Positions 25,583 through 36,200 of a stretch of 58,804 nt of DNA are shown here, piece after piece. How positions within the stretch are numbered: the first letter of the stretch is position 1; the number at the start of each line of letters is the position of its first letter. The translations under genes were made by a program, and so were the position numbers. Origin of the DNA: a virus. Lineage: Duplodnaviria; Caudoviricetes. The stretch covers positions 1 to 58,804 of the IMG/VR virus record IMGVR_UViG_3300046777_001311. One strand, 5' to 3'. Below the pieces are notes generated by a model, which saw nothing but the letters and a program-made list of their open reading frames with translations, was not told the origin of the DNA and ran no database searches.

Positions 25583-25770
25583 AGAAGCCTGTAAAGAAAT
25601 CAGCAAGTAAAGTAAATCAAGCCGGTAACTATACAAAGCCAGGCATGAGAAAATCTTTATTCAATAAGATTAAGGCTGGTTCAAAAGGCGGAGATCCTGG
25701 GGAGTGGAGTGCCAGAAAAGCACAAATGCTTGCTCGTGAATATAAAGCTAAAGGTGGAGGATATAAGTAA
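25579..25770 (+). CDS. Small basic protein (N-terminal half of a DUF5872-like family)
   Basis: NYTKP...GGDPGEWSARKAQMLAREYKAKGGGY. Confidence 0.65.
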   Translation: MKKPVKKSASKVNQAGNYTKPGMRKSLFNKIKAGSKGGDPGEWSARKAQMLAREYKAKGGGYK

Positions 25771-26042
25771 TGGCATTAGCTAAGTCACAACAAAGTCTAA
25801 AGAATTGGACTAAGCAAGATTGGCAAACCTCAGGTACTCATGCTAATAAAAAGAAGGGGTCTTCAAAAGAGGTTAAGTCAGAAGGGAAGAAAAGGTATTT
25901 GCCTAAGGCGGCTTGGGATTCATTAAGTTCAGGAGAGAAGGCGGCTACCAATAAGGCTAAAGCAAAAGGTAATAAGTCGGGTAAACAATTTGTATCCCAA
26001 CCAAAGAACATAAAAGAAAAAACCAAAAAATATAGAAAATGA
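25770..26042 (+). CDS. Small basic protein (C-terminal half of a DUF5872-like family)
   Basis: SQQSLKNWTKQDWQT...RYLPKAAWDSLS...GKQFVSQPK. Confidence 0.65.
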   Translation: MALAKSQQSLKNWTKQDWQTSGTHANKKKGSSKEVKSEGKKRYLPKAAWDSLSSGEKAATNKAKAKGNKSGKQFVSQPKNIKEKTKKYRK

Positions 26043-26476
26043 ACAAAAGTATTTTAAGCTTTGAAAAGGAGCGTATCTTAGTTAGCTGTAAAGAAGGTGT
26101 AGAACAAGACGTTCCTCAACCTATTTTAGCCACATGCTTTAGAATAGAAACAATACCATATTGTGATGGTGAGTATTATGCTAATCCATTAACAGCCGAC
26201 CAGGTATATAATTTTAATGATGGTATGTATACATACATTAGAGAATATATTAAAACTCAATGGTCGACATATTGGTATGAATCAAATCAAGCTGACCCAT
26301 ATTATAACCCAAGACCTGATGGTTGGGTCTACTTAGAAAGTGTAGACACTGAAATTGACACTGTATTTAATAAAGTTGAAGGTGGATATACATCAGCAAG
26401 TCTTTACACATTATCTGCTCGTATTGTATTTTATAATGACGACAACTTCCCTTCAACATCTCCATCAGGAGTATAA
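26039..26476 (+). CDS. Hypothetical protein
   Basis: ORF with ATGA coupling. Confidence 0.6.
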   Translation: MNKSILSFEKERILVSCKEGVEQDVPQPILATCFRIETIPYCDGEYYANPLTADQVYNFNDGMYTYIREYIKTQWSTYWYESNQADPYYNPRPDGWVYLESVDTEIDTVFNKVEGGYTSASLYTLSARIVFYNDDNFPSTSPSGV

Positions 26477-26530
26477 ATAAATTTGCTTATTAACTAAACC
26501 CGATGTATATTGCATTGGGTTTTTTTATTT

Positions 26531-26857
26531 ATGGAAGGAAGGAAAATAAAGTTCTTTAATCAGGATGATTATCACCATCATGGTGGCGGCGTTCTTGATT
26601 TCGATCTCCATGGTCAGAATGGGGTATTCCTATCTTTTGGTACAGACTCAAACTCTGAGGGTCCGGTAACTATTGCTATTGTTCATGATGATAACGGTGT
26701 TGTATACTACATTCACCCTGAATGGATGAAGTTTGTAGATTCTAACAAGGAGTATATTTCATTAAAGATAAATGAGATAATTGATGAGTACATACCAAAG
26801 GCGCTTTTAATAGATGCTAAAGCCGAAGTAAACGCTATTCTAAAAAAGTATCTATGA
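26531..26857 (+). CDS. Hypothetical protein
   Basis: ATG 26531 (MEGRK). Confidence 0.6.
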   Translation: MEGRKIKFFNQDDYHHHGGGVLDFDLHGQNGVFLSFGTDSNSEGPVTIAIVHDDNGVVYYIHPEWMKFVDSNKEYISLKINEIIDEYIPKALLIDAKAEVNAILKKYL

Positions 26858-27180
26858 ACAAAGTTCCTGTAAAACCAATATCAATCAACAAAGCATACAG
26901 AGGCGGCAGACGATTTAAAACTAAAGACTATATAAACTTTGAAAAGCTTAGCATGCCTTTGATAAAAAAGGTAAAGCTACCAACTGGAGTTGTGGGTCTA
27001 AATCTTGAATTTGGATTTAGTAATAAGGCTCAAGACGTTGACTCATGTGTTAAAATGTCAATAGACGTCCTACAAAAGAAGCTTGGATTTAATGACAAGA
27101 TTATATACCACCTATATGTGAAGAAGGTAATTGTAAAGAAGGGCGAAGAGTATTGGTCCTTTGAATTTTTCTCAGCGTAA
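26854..27180 (+). CDS. rusA: RusA-like Holliday junction resolvase
   Basis: PISINKAYRG, DVDSCVKMSIDVL, FNDKII motifs. Confidence 0.75.
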   Translation: MNKVPVKPISINKAYRGGRRFKTKDYINFEKLSMPLIKKVKLPTGVVGLNLEFGFSNKAQDVDSCVKMSIDVLQKKLGFNDKIIYHLYVKKVIVKKGEEYWSFEFFSA

Positions 27181-27190
27181 ATTAAACAAC

Positions 27191-27436
27191 ATGAATAGTA
27201 GTATTATCCAATCAATCATTGACGATTTAGAATCTCGTGAAAAAAAGGGTCTTGAGACCTATGGTACAACCGTTGACAGAAACGATCTTACACAAGATGA
27301 GTGGATGCAACATCTATATGAAGAGCTGTTAGACTCAGCTGTATATCTAAAAAAGCTTATGCACATGAACAGCTCTATTCAGTCAGAAGTTTTAAGAATG
27401 CAAGACGCCTTAGACCAACTTAAAAAAAGAATGTAA
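27191..27436 (+). CDS. All-alpha NTP pyrophosphatase-like (MazG superfamily) small protein
   Basis: KGLETYGTTVDR...WMQHLYEELLDSAVYL pattern. Confidence 0.55.
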   Translation: MNSSIIQSIIDDLESREKKGLETYGTTVDRNDLTQDEWMQHLYEELLDSAVYLKKLMHMNSSIQSEVLRMQDALDQLKKRM

Positions 27437-27437
27437 T

Positions 27438-27830
27438 ATGAATGACATTATAAAAAACGTACTATCTTTCAATAAGTCTTTTGAATTACCTATTAGAACC
27501 AAGCCGCAATTAATAAGTCAAGATGAGTATAAACTACAATACAACCTTCTTAAAGAGGAGGTTGATGAATATCTACAAGCTTGTAATGATGATGATATCA
27601 TTGGTGTTTCAGACGCTCTTGGGGATATTCTTTATATTCTTATTGGCGTTTGCATTAGGCATGGTCTACATGATAAGATACATGATATCTTTGATGAAAT
27701 ACACAGGTCAAACATGACCAAACTTGTCAATGGAAAACCAGTTTATAATGAATCTGGTAAGGTTATGAAGTCTAAGAACTATGAGGTTCCCAATCTATAC
27801 CCTATTATATTCCCTGACAAGGCTGAATAA
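27438..27830 (+). CDS. MazG/PRA-PH-like nucleoside triphosphate pyrophosphohydrolase
   Basis: EEVDEY, DALGDILY, EIHRSNMTK, GKVMK. Confidence 0.85.
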   Translation: MNDIIKNVLSFNKSFELPIRTKPQLISQDEYKLQYNLLKEEVDEYLQACNDDDIIGVSDALGDILYILIGVCIRHGLHDKIHDIFDEIHRSNMTKLVNGKPVYNESGKVMKSKNYEVPNLYPIIFPDKAE

Positions 27831-27901
27831 AATGTTAACTTCTGTTTCCCTATGTTGATTTATGGCGGCTTCCATTTTGTAGATTTGAGAAAACAAATGC
27901 T

Positions 27902-28159
27902 ATGAAAATCACAGAGGATGTTCTTGATGAATTGGGATTTAAAAAGAACTACGTAGACAATGGAGCCTACTTTTATGAGTATATCATATCATCAGCCGAT
28001 GAATGGAACCCACTATATTTAGTTACTCTTGAAGTTAGTGATGAGACTGATGGATTTTGGACGGTTTGTCTATGTGATAATGAGTCAATTAAGTGGGTGG
28101 ATTCCAGGAGATTACACGTATTTGTAAAAAATTTGCAAGAAGCTTGCGAAACTGAATAA
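27902..28159 (+). CDS. Hypothetical protein
   Basis: ORF preceded by TAGATTTG at 27880-27887. Confidence 0.6.
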   Translation: MKITEDVLDELGFKKNYVDNGAYFYEYIISSADEWNPLYLVTLEVSDETDGFWTVCLCDNESIKWVDSRRLHVFVKNLQEACETE

Positions 28160-28174
28160 TATATATTATATTTG
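28144..28174 (+). promoter_or_regulatory. Bacteroidota promoter in front of a short non-coding transcript
   Basis: TTG 28144-28146 and TATATTTG 28167-28174, 20-nt spacer. Confidence 0.6.
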
Positions 28175-28179
28175 TATTG

Positions 28180-28252
28180 CTATTCTATATAGCTGCTTTG
28201 TTATTTGTTTGATTGATTGATTTAAGTATAGGGGTTTCGGCCCCTATATTTA
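28180..28252 (+). ncRNA. Candidate ~70-nt U-rich sRNA ending in a strong hairpin
   Basis: Promoter, then U/G-rich body, then AAGTATAGGGGT-TTCG-GCCCCTATATTT. Confidence 0.45.
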
Positions 28253-28266
28253 ATTATACCAACACC

Positions 28267-28707
28267 ATGAAATGTCAAGCCACAGAATGTTTCTGTACCG
28301 ACTTCAATAGAAGGTTCTGCAAAAACTACAGGAACGATAAGAAACCAAAAAAGAAATCTACACTTCAGACTAAGAGAAAGCCTACTGGTGAGATGGAGCT
28401 GTTTAAAAAGCTGTGGGAGGAAAGACCTCATGTATGCTTTGTATCCGGTGATACCATAAGATTTTCCCCACATGTATTCTTCCATATATTAGGGAAGGGT
28501 GCTTTTGAAAAGTATAGATTGAATCCTAAAAACATCATATTTGTTAAGCCTGAATACCATGATGATTGGCACAACATGACAAGGGCTGAACTACTCCAAA
28601 AGGATTGTGATTGGCAGAAGGTGTTTGATATGTATGATGAGCTAAAGAAAAGCTACATACAACAGCTTAGAGAAGAATTAATAATATACCGCCCAAAAAA
28701 GAAATAG
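28267..28707 (+). CDS. HNH/NinG-like nuclease-fold protein
   Basis: N-terminal Cys cluster; CFVSG...HILGKG...LNPKNI...YHDDWH. Confidence 0.55.
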   Translation: MKCQATECFCTDFNRRFCKNYRNDKKPKKKSTLQTKRKPTGEMELFKKLWEERPHVCFVSGDTIRFSPHVFFHILGKGAFEKYRLNPKNIIFVKPEYHDDWHNMTRAELLQKDCDWQKVFDMYDELKKSYIQQLREELIIYRPKKK

Positions 28708-29101
28708 GTATACCAGCTATAGTAGCTACCTTCCAAGCCTTCTTTCTTCTTGTTTGTTTCTCCACCTCTTTATTGGCGGCTTCCAAATCTATGGTTAGCT
28801 GTTTATTTACATCGGTTATCATACCATTATTATCCTTTAGTAAAAGGATTGCTTTACTTTGATCGGATATTATAGATGTGTTTACGCTATCTTTCTTGAG
28901 TAGCATGTTTCTATCCTTTTCTAAATACAACATTCTATAGAACGTCATATTAAGAAGCATAGCCTGATATCCATTAACGACTATAGAAGTATCCTGATTT
29001 CCAGAGACTGTCGATTTGTTTAAGGTTGTCTGACAAGTTGCTGGCATGCACGCTATCATTAGCATTGACAGAACTAATAATATAATTGTTATACGTTTCA
29101 T
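28667..29101 (-). CDS. Lysis accessory protein (spanin-like; signal/lipobox, coiled coil, C-terminal TM)
   Basis: MKRI + hydrophobic stretch + MIAC; overlaps the upstream spanin-like gene; last gene of the lysis cassette. Confidence 0.5.
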   Translation of the reverse strand: MKRITIILLVLSMLMIACMPATCQTTLNKSTVSGNQDTSIVVNGYQAMLLNMTFYRMLYLEKDRNMLLKKDSVNTSIISDQSKAILLLKDNNGMITDVNKQLTIDLEAANKEVEKQTRRKKAWKVATIAGIPISFLGGILLILL

Positions 29102-29342
29102 AGTTGTTTACTCTATTGGTTTCTATATTCTTAATCTCCTGCTTACTCTTGTTTATATTAGCATATAGGGTGTCAAGTTTTTTGTTGTTATCTTCTATCT
29201 TAGATTGTAGAGGACCTAAATCTACAGTTTCTGGTTTAGGAAATGTTTGATTGAATTGAACGATGATTATAAATATCAACATCAATACAAGTACTGAGTA
29301 CTTTACATCATCATTAATTTTCTTCTTGATTGGATTTTCCAT
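28974..29342 (-). CDS. Inner-spanin-like protein
   Basis: N-terminal TM plus coiled coil, downstream of holin. Confidence 0.5.
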   Translation of the reverse strand: MENPIKKKINDDVKYSVLVLMLIFIIIVQFNQTFPKPETVDLGPLQSKIEDNNKKLDTLYANINKSKQEIKNIETNRVNNYETYNNYIISSVNANDSVHASNLSDNLKQIDSLWKSGYFYSR

Positions 29343-29565
29343 TGTCTTTAGATTTATATCTTGTAAAAATAGATTCTATAACTGTCAACCCTAAGCCACC
29401 ACCAGCAATAACAAGAAGCCCCTCAAACATATAATCAGGGCACTGATATGGAGTAAAAGTAGCTATGTAGGCAAATGATATACATACTAATAATGATACA
29501 AGGGCAGATACCCTTTTTGTTGAAGCATCGCCCTCGCTACTTAATAGTGATTTAAGCCATTTCAT
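29314..29565 (-). CDS. Holin-like protein
   Basis: 83 aa, two TM helices, STKRV motif, charged C-terminus; next to the lysin. Confidence 0.6.
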   Translation of the reverse strand: MKWLKSLLSSEGDASTKRVSALVSLLVCISFAYIATFTPYQCPDYMFEGLLVIAGGGLGLTVIESIFTRYKSKDNGKSNQEEN

Positions 29566-30119
29566 TATTCAAAATCAGTTTCATTAAATAGAATGTACGA
29601 GAAGTATTTTACACCGCTATTCTTACATGCAGTCATAAATTCCTCGTATTGTTTTGGATTGTTACGAACTTGACAACCTGCTGACCATTTATCTATAATA
29701 GAGCTGATAAACTTTGGGTTTGCTCTATGGTGATTGATACCATATATTCCTCTTATAGGCTTACCCATCTGTTCGCTTTTATCATCTCTGTCAGTATCTC
29801 TATATACATCAACAGGAGCATACTGAACAAGAGCTTCGTATTGCCCCTTATGTTTTCCTAAAACCCAACAATTTAGATGTTGACCTTCAGCAAGAACTGC
29901 ACAACCCTTAGGGTTCATCCATTGTTTCAACCAATGCACACCTGGATTAGTTGTACCGGTATGCCATACTAACTTATCCCCATCTACCCAACCTAATAGG
30001 TCGTCAAATGAATTGGGTTTATCCTCTTTACTTCTTATTGATACTAATTGGAATGGTAACCATTTGTAACCTTTTTTGGCGGCTGCCGCTTTAACCTCTT
30101 CTATTGTATATTTTTTCAT
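29565..30119 (-). CDS. Putative endolysin with a YkuD/L,D-transpeptidase-like catalytic motif
   Basis: GINHHRA...KWSAGCQV (H...SxGC); in the lysis cassette. Confidence 0.65.
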   Translation of the reverse strand: MKKYTIEEVKAAAAKKGYKWLPFQLVSIRSKEDKPNSFDDLLGWVDGDKLVWHTGTTNPGVHWLKQWMNPKGCAVLAEGQHLNCWVLGKHKGQYEALVQYAPVDVYRDTDRDDKSEQMGKPIRGIYGINHHRANPKFISSIIDKWSAGCQVRNNPKQYEEFMTACKNSGVKYFSYILFNETDFE

Positions 30120-30313
30120 GGTAGAAAACTTATTATTTCATTTGAATTTGTACATAGAGTTCCATTGATTGTGCATTCATTTCCTATAAAAGCATATACA
30201 CCTCCACCCATAAACACATGAACACACATATCATCAATCCTTTCATAAGATTCATACTGATATTCAGAACCTCTATAAGTAATAATATCTCTGTTAATTT
30301 CTATGTAATCCAT
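30116..30313 (-). CDS. Small hypothetical protein (possible fibre chaperone)
   Basis: Coupled downstream of the fibre gene. Confidence 0.5.
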   Translation of the reverse strand: MDYIEINRDIITYRGSEYQYESYERIDDMCVHVFMGGGVYAFIGNECTINGTLCTNSNEIISFLP

Positions 30314-32226
30314 TATGCTTTATTTACTTGAACGTGAATAAATGAACTTCGTGATGTATCAGCAGTAGAACCATTTTGAACTGCAACGATTATATATTGG
30401 TCAACTGTCCAATCTATATTATTTGTACTTACGGCTATTGTAAGCGATGTATTATCGTCTGCATTTACGTTAGCATTACCTGCCATTGTTTCGGTATTGG
30501 TAGTGGTTTTAACCGCTAGAGTTCTATTGTATTGAAAATATACTCCAGGTGCTGCTGCTGCTGCTGAGGTAGCAATAAGCGACCCCCCAATAGCTGCTGA
30601 TGTATTTACATACATTCTTGTAACAAGAGTACCTGCTGTACCTGATTTTCTTACACGAGTTTTAACAATAATAATATCACCAACTGCAACGGTATTTGCA
30701 GGTATTAAAACAGATGAAGTTAATGTGCTTGTAGTTGTACCAGTTACACCTGTACCATCGGCTACAGTTTGTTTATTTATTGTAGCTCCGCTAGTGGCAA
30801 TAGTAAAGTTGGGGTATGTCCCAGATGTAGATATACCTACACCTCCTGTTAAAGAAACAGTTTGGTCTGGGGCTGAGTTAGTGACAATAGGTACTGTTGT
30901 TGTTCCCCCTATTGATATTCCTGTGCCTGCTGATAAGGAAGTTACTTTATTATTAAATGTACTCCAATCGGTAGAGCTTAATTTACCTGTATTTACAGAA
31001 GATGCAATCGGAACATTAAAAGTATGTGTTGTTCCTGCTGAACTTATTGCAAAGTCTGTTCCGCTTGTTCCAGTTGCAAAAGTTTGAACAGCACCTGTTA
31101 AACCATTTAAAGCAGTCATTCCTGTTCCTGCCATTATCCCTGATTGTTGGGTAGCTGTTAATATAACAGATGCCGTAGATGGTGGGGGAGATCCCGCAGG
31201 GTAATATTCCATTGATACATGAACATGGTCTGTCGTACTCCAAATTAATTCATAATAGTCCCCTCCAACTACATCTAACAAATAATTCCAAGACACTATA
31301 TTGTGACCATTTGTAGACCCATGTTTATTAGGTACAGATATAAACCCAGAAGATCCAGGAACGTCAACTCCATTTAATCTAAGCCAAATAGTGACATCTT
31401 GTAAAGAAGTATCTGAATTTTGAAACTGAGATGAGAATTGAAGATTATAAACACCTGTATTTGCAAATGTAATTCGAGTTAAATTAGTTCCATTAGTAAC
31501 AACGGTTACTCCATTTGACAAATCAACTGTATTAAAAATCATAGCTACACCAACATTCGATGCAGGTGCTGATTGAGTGTTATTATCTTGGAATGCTCCA
31601 TAATAACCTGTTGGAGTTGGAGCTGTATTACTACCCCATTTAAGACCTGTAGATGTTGTGCTATCCGCTATGAGAACTTGAGTATCTAAACCTACAGGAA
31701 GCCTAGCATCCACCGTAGAATTTCTAGTGTATAAGTCCCCCTTTGTAGTAAGAGGTGAAACACTACCAGACATTAATGCTTGATAAGCTGCACCATCCCA
31801 TACATAAGCCTGTGGAACAGACATATCAATATATATAACACCACTCTGACCGGTTGCAGGGAATGAGGCAAAGTTTGGATACTCTGCTACTACACCTCCA
31901 ATTATAGTAGCCCCACCATTTTTATTTACAAGAGCATATTGTACTATATCCTTGTATACTGTATTTAGCTTAGATGTATAGGTGGCGGCGTTGTAAAATT
32001 GCTGGCTGAGAGCAGTATACGTCAAATTAAACGTAGCTCCTGAAAGGGATTGTAATAGATTTACAGAGAAGGTTACTGATATATCATCACCACTCATTAC
32101 AATATTAGCACCGATAACCTTACAACCATTTAGGTTCTGAAGGTTAGTCAGGAGGACACCATTAACGTCAAAGAACGATACAGTTCCATTTCCGTTAATA
32201 TATATACTACTAGGATTTATAGTCAT
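30313..32226 (-). CDS. Tail fibre / receptor-binding protein
   Basis: T/G/S-rich; PLTTKGDL and GKLSSTDWSTFNNK fibre motifs; jelly-roll-like central domain. Confidence 0.75.
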   Translation of the reverse strand: MTINPSSIYINGNGTVSFFDVNGVLLTNLQNLNGCKVIGANIVMSGDDISVTFSVNLLQSLSGATFNLTYTALSQQFYNAATYTSKLNTVYKDIVQYALVNKNGGATIIGGVVAEYPNFASFPATGQSGVIYIDMSVPQAYVWDGAAYQALMSGSVSPLTTKGDLYTRNSTVDARLPVGLDTQVLIADSTTSTGLKWGSNTAPTPTGYYGAFQDNNTQSAPASNVGVAMIFNTVDLSNGVTVVTNGTNLTRITFANTGVYNLQFSSQFQNSDTSLQDVTIWLRLNGVDVPGSSGFISVPNKHGSTNGHNIVSWNYLLDVVGGDYYELIWSTTDHVHVSMEYYPAGSPPPSTASVILTATQQSGIMAGTGMTALNGLTGAVQTFATGTSGTDFAISSAGTTHTFNVPIASSVNTGKLSSTDWSTFNNKVTSLSAGTGISIGGTTTVPIVTNSAPDQTVSLTGGVGISTSGTYPNFTIATSGATINKQTVADGTGVTGTTTSTLTSSVLIPANTVAVGDIIIVKTRVRKSGTAGTLVTRMYVNTSAAIGGSLIATSAAAAAPGVYFQYNRTLAVKTTTNTETMAGNANVNADDNTSLTIAVSTNNIDWTVDQYIIVAVQNGSTADTSRSSFIHVQVNKA

Positions 32227-32992
32227 TTATAAGCAGTTCTATTTCTTCGTCAGTAGCGGCAAAGCAAAACAAAATTAGTGAAGAATAGCCCTGTTTAAAC
32301 ATGGTAGTTTCAAACTCTTTTTCACCTAATCCTATAGTTCTCAATCTACTATGTATTTTTTCGGCTTCTAAAGATGAACGTCGGGACTCGTGATTTACAA
32401 CTTGCTGATTCTCAACCCTCTTTGCCGGTCTTTTATCCTGCCTTGATATTATAACTTTCTCGTTAGGGAATACGAAATCAGCCAGCTTATTCTTAGTTAA
32501 TCTCTCACCTTTATCAGACAGAGACTCCTTATAGGCTTTAACATCAGATGTATCAATACCCCTTTTCTCCATCTCCTTTATTGCAAAATCAACGTCTGGA
32601 GAGGAAAGTATATCCCTTTTAGACCATGTGTTTTCAGAAAAAGATGTGTAGGATTCATTACTATCATCAAAAGATACATCAACTCCTATTTCGTTTAGAC
32701 ATTGAATTAAACCACACAGCTCTGCACGAATCATAGAGTCCATATCTCTACCAATTCTTGGCGACATTCCAAGTTGGTCATAATACTTAAACTCCTCCCA
32801 CTTTTCATCAACCAAATTCAATTCAATAACTCGACATTCAACCTCGCAAAAATCTGATTTTAACTTTCTTGATATAATGTCAATTTCATATTTAACGTAT
32901 GAAGAGCATAGATTAAACGTGATAAAATTTCTCACGTGCATTAGAGACTCCTGCTCAGGAGTGAATGGGCTGCCTATACCTAATTTTAACAT
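32210..32992 (-). CDS. Hypothetical protein
   Basis: 260-aa ORF in the late operon. Confidence 0.65.
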   Translation of the reverse strand: MLKLGIGSPFTPEQESLMHVRNFITFNLCSSYVKYEIDIISRKLKSDFCEVECRVIELNLVDEKWEEFKYYDQLGMSPRIGRDMDSMIRAELCGLIQCLNEIGVDVSFDDSNESYTSFSENTWSKRDILSSPDVDFAIKEMEKRGIDTSDVKAYKESLSDKGERLTKNKLADFVFPNEKVIISRQDKRPAKRVENQQVVNHESRRSSLEAEKIHSRLRTIGLGEKEFETTMFKQGYSSLILFCFAATDEEIELLINDYKS

Positions 32993-33202
32993 TTACTTTT
33001 TCTTGAAATGCTTTCTATATAACATGACCATAGTCATAACAGCTACTCCGATAGAACATAGCAAAGATACTATTTTAAGTATCCATTCTATGCTGTCCAT
33101 CCAAGCAGGTACGGCTAAGAATATACTGGCTACTAAGCCTGATATACCCTTTTGAACCGTATCGTTGTTAGCAAAGTCTGTAAGTATATTGTCTAATTTC
33201 AC
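32993..33202 (-). CDS. Small membrane protein (second holin-like)
   Basis: Two TM segments, basic C-terminus. Confidence 0.5.
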   Translation of the reverse strand: MKLDNILTDFANNDTVQKGISGLVASIFLAVPAWMDSIEWILKIVSLLCSIGVAVMTMVMLYRKHFKKK

Positions 33203-33249
33203 AATGCTAATTTATTGACTAATATCAATACACATATTATATATATGCG

Positions 33250-36200
33250 TTAATTTTTCAGTTCATTATATAGCATGTTTCTATACTCCTGCATAGATGA
33301 AACACCAAGCATTTTCAACTGCTCATCATTAAATTCTTGGATGTATATGTCCAAGTTAGATATCTTATTACCATTAATATCATAAGAGGCTCTCATACCT
33401 GGTGTATTCCTTAACTTAACATCTATCTTATCTACCAAATCTCCAAAAGGAACACCTATAGATTGCAAAGCCGATGCGTGGTCAGCAATTTTAAACTGCG
33501 CCTTCATAAGATTCTTATTAGCATTATGAATGTCTAATACACTCTTTTGAAGTTGATCTCTTTCGTACTTTCTATCTCCAGTTCCTTTTGACTTCTCAAA
33601 TTCATTTTTATATTTCATCTTAGCCTGATAAATATCGTCAAGGTTATCCTGTATCTCAGGTACATACTCGGACTGAAGCTTTCTTGAAAAGGAGTTTAGA
33701 TTGTTAATCTTAGTCTTTTTGAAACCCGTTAAGTTGGTAAACAATATATCCGACTGTGTCTTAGCACCCTTATCAAACTCAGGAACTACTGAACTTGCAT
33801 TATATAATTGACTTCCCATTGTGACAATACCTGGGGCGACATTGTTTAATAGGTATGCAGAAATACCAGACCATATCATATCTCCCGTACCATCCTCCTC
33901 ATAAATTTGCTTACCAGTTACAGGGTCTAAATTATTAACTGCGCTTAAAATAATACCACTTATAGCCTCTTGACCAAAGAATGGTTCAGCCAAAACAGAA
34001 GCCACTGCTAATGCAGATGATTCATCCATATCATAATTCTCTGTCCTTGTAAATGCATTATATGCTTTTGACAAAATACCCCATGGGTTGATAAAGTCAA
34101 GATTGTAGAATGATGTTTGTTCTGAATCAGTACCTGATGGATCTATTATTCGGTTGTCATACTTAGCAAAATCAGGAGATGAATAGTATAACACTCTATC
34201 CAATTCCTCTTCTGGCGGCTCCAAACCTAATCCGCGTACTACGGCTCCTAATAATTGAGCACCATAAACTCCACCCAATCCTGTTAATGAACCAACAATA
34301 CTTGAAAAAGCTAACAATCTTCTTGCTCCAAAATAGGACTGCCAGTAGTTGCCATTTTTAGCACCATCTCTAATATCTCTAACAGCCATTCTTGGTATAG
34401 TCACAGATGTTCTCATAGACTCAGATGCAAACGTAGGGAATGTACCTAACAATGGAGATTCTGATAGCCTCTTAACTGCTTGAGGAGCCATATCATAACA
34501 GATGTTAGTCTGTCTGTATCTTTCTGCGGCTAATTGGAATATCTCTTCATTACTAAGCTTATCGCCAAACATCAATCTAGTTTCAGCTAACTCACATGAA
34601 AATTGTGTGATACGCCAAATGTTATCCATAAACTCATAAAGAGCTAATGAACTTGATTTGATTTTTGATGGTATATTCTTTATTATGTCAAGAACAGTCT
34701 TATTATCGTACAATGCCTGAACATCTGAGTCATATATTTTCTTTGCAGAACCATATACTTGAGCTCTTAACTCAGCACTAATACCTGAGTTTAAAATACC
34801 ATACTCAGTCAATATATTGTTAAACTCACTTGGAGAACCAACCATTTCTCTCCAGGCGTTTATCATACCTTTAGGCAAATTAGCCACACCGGACAATGCC
34901 CTACCATTTGCTAATGGTATAAATATGTTTGATACAAAGTTTCTTATAGTAGTCATTGGGGACAACGCTGTCTTTCCAAGCTTCCACCATCCTGCTATCT
35001 CTCTTAAAACCTGTATTTTTGTTGAATATTCGCTATTCCTTATTAGGTCTGCTATTTCAGGAGATGTATATATTCCGTTTAGAGGATGAAACTTATTATC
35101 TGAAAATATAGCTTCATTATATCTACCTGTTGGTTTATCAAAAAACACTTTATTTCTACCAATATCATTAAGCTTTTGAAGGAATCTCTTATTCTCCACA
35201 TACTTAATCATATTTTCCATAGTATGGAAATACTTTGTCAAAGGGTCGGTATGCTCACCTAAGAATGCTCTTAACTCAGCAGGTAGGTCCTTACGAGCTT
35301 TTGATATAAAATCATCAACTACTTTAACTCCAGTACTTGTGTCTGTTGCAAAATCATCAGTACCTCTGTCAGATAGAGCAGCATACTCTTTTAACTTCAA
35401 GTCTATCTCTCTATCAGTAATGGGATAACCTGCGTTTTGTTTTATGTAGTTTACGGCGGCTTGGTATATTCGCTGCATCTCAGGGCTTCTACCAGATTGT
35501 TGAGTAAATGGAGTAGCCATTCCTTTAGGGAACATCTTCTTATTCCAAGCACCATTCTTAAATGCAGCGTATGTTCTTGTCATATACACCCCCAAATTCT
35601 GGCTAATGGTAGCGCTAATTTGGCTGTTAGGGTCGTTTATAATACCATTTACAGTTGCTGACATTCCATCAATATCTCTACGTAGAGATTGCAATATTTT
35701 AGCAAACTCTCTTGCATTAGTTCTGTTTTTAGAACCCATAGGTAAAGAACGCTCCCATGTATTCCTAAAATCATTCATGCTAATCTGACCCTCCATATAA
35801 AGACTAGCGTCCCTTAAAAACTCCGCCTGTCTTGATTTCGTTAAAGACTTCAATACAGGTTTGGCTGCCTTTCTAAATTGATACACCTTGTCCTTAATTC
35901 TACGCATGTCTGCATCAATTTTCCTACCCCTCTTTTCCATTAACCTCTTTATATCTCCTTGATCTCCAGATTTAAACCAGTATTGGAATAATGATTTTGC
36001 ATTTGTAAATCTTTGAGGAACAAGAGTATTAGCTATAAATTTAACCGTCTTACCTCTATCATCTTTAGGTGCTAAACGTCTAACTAATCTATCTAAATAC
36101 CCTGCATTTTCGTAGTCGCTAAGAAGCGCACCATCTATTGATATAGCAGCATTTTTAGGATCCTCAATATTGTCAATCTCTTGACTTGTAATATCGGATA

